DNA of 64,000 nucleotides. Source: Raillietiella orientalis (taxonomy: Eukaryota). The stretch covers positions 496,001-560,000 of the forward strand of contig JAYWIR010000004.1 of the NCBI GenBank assembly GCA_036172245.1. Direction: 5' to 3'. Shown here piece after piece: positions 51,300 through 62,799 of the stretch. The notes beneath the pieces are model-generated. The model was not told the origin of the DNA. It did no database searches and saw nothing but the letters and a program-made list of their open reading frames with translations. Within the stretch, counting starts at the first letter, position 1, and each line of letters begins with the position of its first letter. The position numbers and the translations under genes are program-made.

Positions 51300-53150
51300 A
51301 TTCCTACTCGAGGAGGTCTCCTTGGGGATATCTTCCGCCTCTTTACCATTCTCACATTCTCTCCGAAAAACCAACACGTGCACATCAGTCGCCTCTTCCG
51401 GAAAACACTTCACTCTGGTTCCTTAATCTGCCGCTCCTCCGTTATTCATCAATGGGGATGACAAGCCATCCACCGGGTATCCCAGCGATGGCTCAGCTTG
51501 CGAGCGCGTCTCCTCCCCAGAAGGGAGATCAGCCCCGTAGTTGTTAATGTTGACGGTCAGCATCATCGTCAGGCTGTTTTGAGCAGATTTCTTTCACTGT
51601 GATTTAACAGAAACATCCTCTCCCTGCAATGGACTTTCTGAGGTTTCTTGTCGACTCGGCGTCCTCAAACTTCTGATTTCCGTAATGAACGCCTTCCCTG
51701 GAAACACCGCCCTTAGCAACAGGGAGTTTCTCATTTTGGGGCGGGAGAGCTTGCTGAGTGCATGCAGTTTTCCTTCATGAGGAAACTCTCGTCCTTGGAG
51801 AAGACAGTCGAGAGCTCTCTCCAGCACGCCTCCTCGTGCTGCAGGACCGGACCCGTTGCTTTTCCATGCACGGAATAGTCCTCGTTCGTTTCGGAACGGA
51901 GGTCATTCTCGTTCGAGTGAACAGAGTTGCTCACTCAAACCGAGAACACTTGGTGAGTGGATCGAATCGTTGTCTAGGTGACTTCATGAACAGCCGAATC
52001 CAGAACTTCCACAGTGACGCTTATCGAAGTATCTGATTGAGCATGGACCAAAGCTTGATAAAGTGAGGGACTTTTGAAGTCTCGTGCTCGAAATTCATCG
52101 TCTGGTCCAGGATGGATGACAGAGATGAACTTGCAGAGAAGCAAAACCGACGCGGGAATAGGGGATCGAGCTCCCCGACTTCCATAGCTGGGTCAATCGA
52201 GTTGTGAAAATGAGATGAGAGAACAACGCACAGCAGCGGGGAGGGAACACAAAGAAAGGGATCCAGGCAATCGTTGGAACTCTTACGGAGGATATTGTAG
52301 AGCAGGGGTGGTAAACGTGGAAATCGCGAGCTGATGCTCGTGCCAGCATCAGAAACAGAACACCCGACTCTGGGAGAGAAGAATTCGTGCATCCAAGTCG
52401 GTCGAATCGAATCCACCGCTAAAAGAATGAGCTCCATCTAAAACGGTCACGTCAAATGCCCAATTCCAATCAAATTTTCCTCTGCCTCGACAGTGAGGAA
52501 CAGGGAAATGTTGCTATAGTAACCGGACAATATAAATTCATTCCCGAATCTCCTCGATTCTTTCGGCATCTGCAGCGGGACACGAGTGGCTCGCTCGGTT
52601 CTTCGAGAAAAGCAGGACGGGATGTTCTGCAGGAAACTCTTGAGCGAAATCGGCAACACGCGAGCGCTCGACGTCTCTGGTGGAGGAGCTGCGGGTAAGA
52701 AGGGTGATGCTAAACGGTGAGCCATGCAAAATGCTGCTTTTCACTCAGTACGGCACTGATGAAAGCAAGGTGGTTGGCGGAGACGCAATCTCAACTTGTT
52801 GGGAAGCCTCGTCAAGAATCTTTCGCCACTGCTTTGAGAGTTTGGCTATCCCTACCACTTTCATCTGTTACGGAGCTGCGATCTTTTCAGGAGTGCGTGC
52901 GTTCTGAATCTTCACGCGTGAAGCTTTGCTGAATTCGTTTTCGTCTGAAGAAATGCAGCTCAGAGCAAATGAAAAAGACAGGTCGCAGACGATTCGAACT
53001 GTTTTCTACGACCGATGTGAGGCGGCAACACCTTAGCAACAAGAATACCCGAGTGCCAAGTTTCGTGTGGATCTTCCTCGACAAGAAAGCAGAACGATGA
53101 GAGTTTCGGGACCGGATGCATGATGGCGCCTCGACCTGTCTCCGAGGAGG
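51300..53150 (-). pseudogene. Decayed IR-like gene in intron 2 of transporter A
   Basis: FFSP...FPRLPPLLYNIL (~52380-52290), LWSMLNQ...IRLF (M2-M3, ~52050-51990) and EEACW...ESFLMKE (S2, ~51835-51775). Confidence 0.4.
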
Positions 53151-53233
53151 AAAAAACGGACTGAGAGGTGCCGCCGTGTCAGAAAGCATGAAAGACGGAA
53201 TCTGGAGGAAGCCCACGGCCCAGGTCCACTTAC

Positions 53234-53857
53234 CAGAGAGGTGAATTGATCCCATGAGAAACAAAACGATAAACAGGGGCTTGATGTACTTATGTTGGAA
53301 CAGGGCTTTGATACCGTGTGGTTGAGAAAGGATGTTCCTGACGTTCGTTTCCATTGCTTGATATTCGTTCTGGATGTTAAAGCGCTTCCCTCTTAGCCAC
53401 TGCAAACTCTTTTTTGCTTTTTCTTGATTCTGTTCTCCCGCTTTCAGAAACCACACTGGAGACTCGGGAATTGCAATCACTAAGAAGAACATCGCTAAAG
53501 GTACAGCCGCATTGCAAGCTGCTAATATTCGCCAGCTCACGAAATTTCCAATGAAATAGCAGAGCAGGATCCCGATCGTGATACTGATCCCCGGGATGGA
53601 AGCAAGGAATCCTCTGAGCTCCGCTTGCGCCACCTCTACAATGTACACGCGGCAGGCTGGAGTGACAACTCCAGCCAAGATGCCTTTGAAGAAACGTCCG
53701 GAGTAAACCATCTCCACGTTCTGCGCCAGTGCGATCGTTGCCCAGCTCAACACGAGGGGGATTCCCGAAAAAAACAGGGTCCTCTTCCTTCCGAATTTCT
53801 CCGAACACATCCCTCCGATTATCGTGCCGACTATGGCGCCAACATTGAACAAGCTTC
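53234..53857 (-). CDS. Sugar porter (Tret1-like) gene A, central exon (TM2-TM7)
   Basis: Acceptor ttcttccag|GA and donor G|GTAAGT, 624 nt, phase 1-1. Motifs EKFGRKR, GR...G, VYIVE...RG, PESPVW and L.WLRG. Confidence 0.95.
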
Positions 53858-53899
53858 CTGGAAGAATAAACCGTCAGGGGGCATCCCAGCGCACCCCTT

Positions 53900-56009
53900 C
53901 GCATTTGCAGGTGCTGCACGCGCGCCAGCGCACGCGCAGGTCCCCTCTCGGGAGCGACGCTTCTCTGGAGGCTTCGAAAAAGACGAGACCGCTGCTTCCG
54001 AGCGATCGGGTTCCAGAGGGAAGGAGCCGCTCCGGCTCCCGGAGCGGCAGCCGGGTGACTTCGTTGGCGGGCCACGAGAGCGCAAGCCAAGCAGTGAGCA
54101 TCTCAGCTGACCTGGAACGAGGAGCACGCAAACCGGGAGTGCTCGCGAATTTATTATTCCGGATGTCGGCGAAACGAAAAGAAACGGGATGTCACCCGCT
54201 GGAACTGCAGCATCCGCCGCTGCGCCTGCATTGTTGACGTATCGATCCTAACTGTGGCGCCAACGCATCCGCCATGGCTGCAGTAGGGGGGAAGACGTTT
54301 GGCGAGAGCAAGCGCTTCGCAGACAAGGCAGAGAGAGCATCTTCTTGGATGGCAACCATCTGCGAGAAGTTCAAGCGTCACGCGGGGCAGAGGGAACATC
54401 GCTGGAAGGCCGCGAGTGGCAGATGGTTGACGAAAGCGGGAATGGAAGTCTGGTGGTGGGCTTCGTAGTCTGAGGCAGCCGTGGTTCCTCCCTCTGTGTT
54501 CCGATTTCGGGGGTGTTTGATCTCAGAGACAGGGGAAAATCCCAGAAAGGTGGTCAAGCTGGTCAGTCCAAGAGTTTCCGGAAGCAGGAAAATCCGCAAA
54601 GATTGGAATCTGAGATCACTCAAGGGGAGTCAGATGCTTCCGAGAGTGAACTGAGCAGCCGGTAAGAAATCCGTAGATCCTCAAGGCGCAGCCACACGCG
54701 GAGGAACCTGGCTCTCGGAACTCGATTTCGAATCACCGGTAATAAGAAGGGACAGCAGGAGTAGTTGGTGAAAGAAGGAAGAAAGGAGGAAAACTGCGCT
54801 GTCAACGTCCTGGAGGCAGAAGGGCAGAAATTGCTCTCGAGGGAAAACAGAGCCTCCGGGGATTACGCATGGAGCCCAACAAATGCAAGCAGTCGTTTCT
54901 AAGGCATCAAACATACCTATTGTGAATTCAGAAGAAGATGGAAAGCCTCATTCGAACCCTTCCACATCCGCACCACCCTTTCTTGCAAAACTCCAGACAC
55001 GGAAGCTTCATCTCCTCTTTGACATGCGATTACGAGTTTCGCGTCGCTCGAAGGAATCAGGATTGCAGCTTCCTAAGCTCTTATAAAACAGAAACGAGGC
55101 ACTGCTGTGATCCCTGTCCCATCGTTCCAAATAATGAGGAACTTCTTGGGAAACGAGGAAGATTTTCATGTCGGTATTCCTCCACTTCGTGAACGATGCA
55201 TCGATCTGCCCCATAGAAAAGCGGCGGGCAGCCCACGTTCCAAACATTCCCCCGCCCTCCAGCATCCAGGGCGAGCAGTGTCTCCCAGCCTTCGTAGGAT
55301 GGCAGCCCCTTCTTCATCGAAGACACCCTGATCCGGACGGGTGGCAAAAACAAACAAGCAAAGGGGTACTCCCACACGGTAGTCCTCCTGTCGTGCAAGC
55401 GCCCATTCCAAACCTCGTACGCCCTGGTTTCGGCACGGTGCCTATTTGCGCTGATTCGGAGAACGCGGTCCCGGCAGACAGGGATATCTCTCTTGATCGG
55501 GAACGTCGCGTGATGAGGAAACCGATCCGGATCCAAACATCGCACGCGCATGCCTGCATTCCTGTGCAGCCAAACATTTCCAAGGGAATCCATGCGTCCG
55601 GAGATAATGTGCGTTCATGATTGAATGTTCAGTTTCCAGCTTTGGTTTACGATGGCGCTCGTTTCGCTTGCTCCAAGACAAGTCCGTGATCTCGAGTGTC
55701 TTTCCATGTCGTTATTCACATGGTGCCGATAATTGACGTGAGGATTTTTGCATGTGACAGATTCAAAAGCTCCCGCTCGCAATCTCGAATGGATCTCGCC
55801 GTCTGTCCGGCGACCCCTCGAGAGTTCGCGCGTAGGCGGCTGCTTCCGCAGCGGGACGGCGCTTGCCGGAGCCACTCTGGCGAGCCTTCTGGAAGAGAAG
55901 TTGGAAGAACAATTACGTCAGCGGGAGCGTGAGAGGTTGCATCGTCATTGGCTAATGGGGATGACGTAAGGAGGGCCAGCAAACTGATGCAAGCCGTGAG
56001 TGTCGCCAT
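53900..56009 (-). pseudogene. Decayed ionotropic receptor (IR)-like gene in intron 1 of transporter A
   Basis: Signal-peptide-like start MATLTACISLLALLTSS (ATG 56009). Then, in order across frameshifts: WNGR..TVWEYPF, YEGWETLL, GGGMFG...GQIDASF (S1), FPREQFLPF (pre-M1), and SLRIFLL-x8-LTT-x4-S.VS-x4-PR (exact IR M3 spacing, ~54602-54507). The 3' boundary is approximate. Confidence 0.7.
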
Positions 56010-56077
56010 TGGTGAGAGTTGCGAAGTGTTTCGACCGCTCTGCGGGGACGAACGAGTTGCCCACCGCCGGCTTAGAG
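55232..56077 (-). repeat. Inverted repeat, right arm (846 bp)
   Basis: Reverse complement of 49943-50788. Confidence 0.97.
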
Positions 56078-56149
56078 AGGCTGCTTCAGTTGCCATCCGT
56101 GGATTCATGTGAATTTGTTTCTCTATCCTTCCTTCCAGTCTTTTCATTT

Positions 56150-57600
56150 GACTCTCCTGGCGGCGCTACCTGCGAACCGCCTTGTTGGTCTTCAAGTGGA
56201 AACGATTGAGGCTGCGATGATGGCCATTCTTTCTTATTCTATCATTTTGATTGTTGTGTGATCGCATTCTAATGGATCATCCGGATGGGTAAGTGAAATC
56301 ACAAGAGATCTGCGAAGTACCAACAAGGAACAGCTTTACCCCATCCTGCATTTCAGTCAAGAGAGCTCCACATCAAGCAGCACCCTGCGTGATCATGAAA
56401 CTGAGGCAGTTTTAAACGTTTCGGGCCTCTTCAAGCAGCGAAATGGTGCGAAGTGCCCCTGTCCTCAAGCTGCAGAAAAATAAAGCTCGATTTCCTCACT
56501 GGTTGACTTTTCGGAAACTGCGACCCTCGTACTTCAACTCCCAGAAGACAGCCTATCTTTTTCTACTAGCTCGCATCCCTAAACGCTGAACAAAGATGTA
56601 GGGATACTGGATCCGACTTGGCTCTGGGAGATAGATGGCTTCATGGTACTTGGGCAATTTGTTGCTTTCATCCACAAGAGTCGGAGTCACAACAGGCGGT
56701 GAATCCGAAGACAGGGATAAAAGCGATCTTATGCCTCGATGCTGGCTGACGCGTTCCAAAAGGTGCCTTGTAGGTGGGGACAGGCGATGACCCCCTTGCG
56801 CGCGAAGCAATGAATCCTCGCAACAGCCGCGGAACAAGTCGACGAATTGCGGCGCTTTTTGCCATGTCAAAAAAGTGCATACGGCCGCTCCAGATGCACT
56901 CGTCATCGGATAATCCAACCCAAGAAAACTCATTTTCTGTTACCATCGACCCATGGTGGATGTGCGTACGCATGCACAGCGTGCTGCATTACAACGGTTT
57001 CATTCAGACTCGGATCAGGACGAGTCTGAATGAAAAATCGAGCAAACATCAAAGGAAAACCCCGCGAAACCATCTGATGTGTACGCTCCGTACTTGGGTA
57101 ACAAATTTCTCCCATCCATGGCTGCTGGATCTTCTCACTGTGCGGGTTCGTACGTGATTTGCGTACCACTCACGAGGACCCACTCGATCAACATATTAAG
57201 ATCACCAGCTTCCGGAGCATGAGATCTCCATGCGTATCATCGACGCACATGTGAGAAAGCCTTTGCGGTCTCAACAGCCCATCCTTCCACGAGTCAAGAA
57301 AAATGTGTTCGTGGCGGTGAAGGGAAGGGAAAGAGAAAGGAACGAAGTAACAAACTGATCTGCTTCTGGAAGACGGCCTTCTTTCCCTGCACTTCTCCTA
57401 ACCACCCTTACATAGGATGTAACCTTGAAATGTTGACCAACCAATGTGCATTAAGAAGATGATGCAAGACTGACTTTCCATTAAATGGGTGCTGAATTGC
57501 GAGCTCTGATTATGGATGTTGCGGAGTAAGGAAATCCGAGCGTCGGCGTAGATATCAGCTAAAGATGCCGTGTGTTCAGGAGAGGCAGCGAGTTACGTCC
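56150..57600 (-). pseudogene. Possible decayed IR-like gene in intron 1 of transporter A
   Basis: LDYPMT....VCTFLT...PQFVDLFRG (S1 end/pre-M1, ~56915-56825). Confidence 0.35.
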
Positions 57601-59757
57601 CTTTCATTCATTCGAATCGCGATTTGGGGTGTTGCCTTTTCACTTTCCCCCACCCCACCCTTTCTATCATAAAAAAAAAAAAACGTTCGAATGATGGGTG
57701 GCCGGAGTAGAGAACCGGAGAAATTTGGATGTGCAACGCTTGCATGAGGGTCCTCCACTTCGTCACGAAAGGGCTCTGGAATGCCGAATGTGCGCTAGAG
57801 CCCTCTCGCGAAAAGGGATCCAATGCAGCCGAAAATGGGGGGTCTTGACCCTGAAGCTTTCTCATTGTCTCCACCAGTCGCGCCGCCTTTTGGTGTCTGC
57901 CCTTTGGCACTGAGTAAACGAGCAATCCGCGCGGCACAGGGAGACTCGGCGAGGAGGAGTTCCCGCCTGCTCACAGGAAGACGATGTCCGAGTTCAAATT
58001 CGAGATCCGGGACGAGAAGAGACGTCTATGGGTGGAGGAGGAAGGGATCAGGGGCAGGAGAGACGGCGGCACCAGCTGCCTTCTGACTCCGATCTCTCTT
58101 GGACATGCGCTTGGGGGAAAAGGGGTTGAAGGGGCAGGGCAGGGGTAGGGAGCAAACTCATTGCTCGACGGCGAGGAAGAGGGACTGAAGTGGACTGTGG
58201 CGCTCCGTTCGAAGGGACGCCGACATCCAACGTGCGGCTCTGGGAGATGGTCTAGCATACGTTTTCGGTCCGTCCTAAGGACTTCGCTTGTCTCCAGTCA
58301 CAGCAAGGTTTCCGAGGATGAGAAGGAGCTTAAGGAAGTTCCTCCTTAGGTGGAGGAAACTCTGCTTCCCGTCTTCCTCTGCAGACTCCGACAGCCGTTC
58401 CTTGGCTCCCCGACAGAGCGGCAGCAGCGAGGTCGCGTGCTACCACCTCGCTGCAGAAACTCGGAGGCTCATCGGGATGGGGCGGAGTGGAGTGCCCCCC
58501 CCCTCTTTAACCACCCGACCTAAGAGGACCGCAGTGGAAGGAGGCTGAAGATAACTCGTCGGAGAATGTGGTTCCAGATGCTTCGAGAAAACGGAGAACA
58601 AGGATCTAGCGGGTGCCGCAAAAGGAACCAAATACCGGGTTCGGGAGGAGCAAGGCTTTCTTCTCGCCCTTAGGGAATCCTGGAGGACCGGTTTCTCGAG
58701 AATGGAGCCCTTCGATGACACAAGATATAGAGGAGCAAGAAGGTGGGAGTGTTCGAATAAGGGAACCTATGGATGCTCGTCATGGTGATCACAGTTCTTC
58801 GACGGGATCCTCACGGATCATTCTTTTGAGACCTTCTCCGCACACCGCATGCAGCCTGAGTGTGGAGAACCTCGCCAACTAGACGTAGGACTTTCGTCCC
58901 AAACTGACAGTGACAGAAAAATGACGATTTTTGGTTCTCCAGGAGTCAGCTGTGCAGAGTACGCAGTTCAGGACCACAATGTCGTTTTAGGGGAAGCATG
59001 GATGCTGCAGGAAGCCAGCTCTTTCAAGAGTCTGCTCTGAGGGACTGCGCAGGCATCGGAAAACGCAACTTCGCTTCTTCGTCCGACGTCATCGCTGCCT
59101 CCGCATTAAACAGGCCTCGGCTTCGGGACAGCGGCTTAGGGTGAGGCAGAGCAGCAGCTGAAGGAATCAACGCCGGGGAACAACCTCGCAAGTGAGAGGC
59201 TGCAAGGAGCATGTCCACGCACGTGAAGAGTAAAGACTCTCCCCTACTCTTCAGCCCAAGATCAGGGCGAAAGGAAAGCGGCGAGCCTGCCCTTCGACGG
59301 CAAGGCTTCGTAAACGTAACGAGCGGGTGCGTAGCACCATCTCCGTGAATCCGTTGAAGTGCGAGTTTTTTGGCAACTTGTGCTCAGTGCACGTGGTCTA
59401 CAAACTGGAATGTCATCCACGCTTTTTGACCTCTGCCACGCGATGATTTTTGCTGATGGGCCCCGTTTCACCCCTAGGATTCACGACCCCTTTTCCTTTT
59501 CTTTTCTTCGGGAAAAACCGAACCTGAGGGAGGAGACTGAGAGAAAGGTTGAAAGAGACAGCGACTCTTCCCAGGAGGGCTATCTCTTTGAAGGGACACA
59601 GGAGACTGTGGCAGATTCAGTGTGTGGGTGCAGAATTGCAGGTCCGGAAAAGAGACCAGAAAGAGAAAAAGAGGAGATAAATAGAAGTTCAGGGGAGGGA
59701 AGGACTCTGGTCCCCTAGCTTGCAAGAACCCAAGCACCAGTAATGCTCCACACTTGC

Positions 59758-59941
59758 CGATCAGCGAGATTTCTGTCTCTCCGATCTTCGAGAAGTCCTT
59801 CTCGCTCTTCATCGACGGCAGGGCGAGGGCCGTGTAAGCGTAGCAGGTCCCAATGCTCAGCTGCGCAAGAGATGCTACGAAGGTGGCAAAATACTGGAAC
59901 ATACGTGATGTTTTAGCAAAGAACGTTCCCACCACATGCAT
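59758..59941 (-). CDS. Sugar porter (Tret1-like) gene A, TM1 exon
   Basis: MHVVG...FQYFATFVASLAQLSIGTCYAYTALALPSM...ISLIG, ending at a phase-1 GC donor (G|GCAAGT). The exon may instead start at acceptor ttccag|59893, which would make it 136 nt like the paralogous exon. Confidence 0.85.
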
Positions 59942-60399
59942 TCTCTTCCTACTCGCACGCTCCCCCCCCCATGTGCTCCAGCCTAATCACCTGAGCTGCA
60001 GCACTTGCACAGCTTTCCTCAGATGCTTCTGATTTCTCCCAGAGCGCTCAACAAGCTCGGGAGTGTCGCTTCTCCTCTTGGAACTTAAAATTATCCTCCC
60101 CTTCTTCCCCCCTCATGCATTCGCCATTATATGCCTCATGCGGTTGCTTTGCAACCGGCCTCCTACTGACCTGACGTGAGCGCTGTGCTTTCGAGTCAAC
60201 TGCCGCATGACTCAGAGAATCCGTTAGATATACCATTTAATCCAGACTTCTGATCACAGACTCAACTTTGAAATTCATGCACTGCAGTATGAGACAGTGT
60301 CACTGGGTCCGATGGTGCAAAAGGGCGTATAAATCATTGCGATCACTGTGGCGAAGGGAAAACAGATTTGGTCCATTTATATCTCTTCGCGATGCTTTG

Positions 60400-61700
60400 C
60401 ATATCAGCGTTGCAAATTGAATTGATGATCTTTAGCAAAGGAGCGTGCCATTCGAGCGATAAGATGATTTATTCGAATTTGCGTGTTAACTGCGTATCAT
60501 CTTTTGGTTTCTCGCGCCCAATTAACGTCTGGTTTTCCCCAGAGCCCTAGTGCCAGGGTTAGAATCCGGAATCCAGATTTTCCTTCAGATCACGACGAAG
60601 ATTGGTTGAGGGAAAGCCTCATAGAGAATTCTTAACTAACTTCAACGAACAGTCAGGTCAACGAACAGTCACGAAGCATGACGCATGGCTTCTTCCTCAC
60701 AGGTGTAGTATCCTGCTGGTTACTGACGGAGATGAATGCATTCACCAGCCATAGACTCCTTGAGCCTCGCACAGCTGCCCAGGCCCAAGCATGCCTGCGA
60801 CAACCCCTGAATGGCTCTCGAGAACTCTCAACTAGGGAAGCAGATGGTCTTTCCGCCGACATTTGCCAGAAACTTGGAAACGTCAGTCGCTGAAGTGAAG
60901 GGCTACTTGTTGGGCAATTAGAGAACCGAAGATGTGATTCGTTCGGTCTTCTCGGCCTGTTGGCTAAGATCAAAGTGCCTCCCTCAAGAGACCTGCTCGT
61001 TTCACACCTTCTGGACATCTTCCTCGCGCAATACCCACTAATGAAGTAGGACGCTTGGACTCGGGAATAAAACACACCTTTTATCGTCTGTTCGCTGAAG
61101 AAGTATCCAAGGTCTTTCTCTCCTTGCGAACTCTGATCTGCGTCGATAGACTCGGTCAGCTTCTCTGATCTGTAAAAGCAACTCAGTTCTCTTTGCAAAG
61201 GGGTCCCACTTACTGTTGATTAGAAAAGAAAAGTGCAGTTTTCCTAAGATTCATTCTGATTCAAGGAATCCACTTTTGCCTTGCAGCTCATGAACGATTG
61301 TGGGGGATACGGAGACCACCCTGCACTCGGATGCCAGTGCGAAAACTGATAGCACGGGTGAAGAGGGGAAAAAAAATACCTGAGAAGTACCAGCCCATTT
61401 CTCAGAAGAACGCCCTGATCAGTAAGGGTATGACGCCTTACTTGGTGGACTTGGGAATGAACACATTCAGCCAATTATGAGAGCAATCAGATATTCTGTG
61501 TCCTTATGTTTCATATGATCAGCGATTTGTAATGATAAGCAAATATCATGAGTTGCCTACAAACAGGCATATCTCAGGAGTACAAGGAATGGCAAATGCC
61601 ATCCTGAACTTTTGCCTTGCTTTCATTTGACCAGATTTTCCAATCATGGCTAGATTTCGAGGGGTCTAAAAGAGAGGACATGGCGTGATAAAGGTTTTCC
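60400..61700 (-). pseudogene. Possible decayed IR-like gene
   Basis: LLRYFFSPL (~61380) and SSQG...SEQTIKGVF...YFISGYCARKMS (M2-M3-like, ~61130-61015). Confidence 0.4.
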
Positions 61701-62799
61701 AAGGAAGTGGGAAAGAGTTCCCATGGTTTTGCCTCGCTGGAGATGTGTATTCGTGTACAACCCTGTCTCTCGCCCTAAGCAGGAGAGGATCCCAAGTTAC
61801 CATCCTGTCGAACAGCGAGGATGCAAACCGGTTCGATGACTCATTTCTGCTTGCTCCTGCGGCAGCTCCCACGCCCATGACAAAGCATAGCAGCTGTTGT
61901 CACCTTACGAATTCCGTTTTAATCATCTTTCGCTCCCCATATCAAATTACTGAATGTCATATACAGTATTTTGTACACTTTCAGTGTGCTCATAAATTAC
62001 ATGTTATCACATCATTTTCGTACGAATATGCATCTGTGTGTGTATTCACATATATATATGCACCATGCAGCATTCATCTTCAATTAAATGGTATGATATC
62101 CTCATTACCCATCTATACATAAATCTGTAATCAGATTCGTACTGATATCTAGACTATAATGACTAATGCTATCTGATGTGTGATAAGAGAGCCCATGAAA
62201 CGATGGCTCCTGCTTGACCACCACCTTCCTCTCATCCTTTGCAGCAACGAATATCCTCTCAGGCCGGATGCAAGAGTTTTTTCTTCTTTTTTTTTTGAAT
62301 TTTTATCCTGATCGAGGCTGCCCGAACGTGGCATGCAGAAAGCCTTATCTCCACGAAGCCTTTCCTTCAGAATCGCTGGAGCAACTCATTTAAAAGAGAA
62401 AGTTACTGAGGAAGTACGGATGCCCAAGTTTGATTCGCCCCTCACATGCACTGAAAGCCTTCCTAAACTGCGTAGATTCATTTCCAGAGGACGGACCAAG
62501 AGATATTCACCTGTGATATGCCATGAGCAAGAACCAGTCAGTCATCTCTTTACCCGCTCGTCTTGCCATCAACGATCACCTTCCAGTTCGGGTTGACCTG
62601 TTAGGTGCTACTGAGAGCTCATGCATACTTCCGTTGATGTTGAAACACGGAAGTCCAGATGAGTAGTACTTATCCTGACTCCTCTAATGAAAGTATCCAT
62701 CTTGGAAGAAAGGGACTTTTTTCAAGAACCTCTCGTGATGGGTAGGAGGAAGGCAGGTTGTTTCCTAGGAGACGCACCTCCATGTTCGTTCCAGTTCCA

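Noticed and set aside
49943..56077. Inverted repeat as the TIRs of a Foldback/Mutator-type transposon
   Set aside because: No target-site duplication, no transposase, and the interior contains an essential host exon in native orientation.
60653..61198. YFISGYCARKM...LTFPS as a P-element transposase C-terminus
   Set aside because: No other transposase motifs or TIRs are present, and the upstream SSQG spacing fits an IR M2-M3 segment better.
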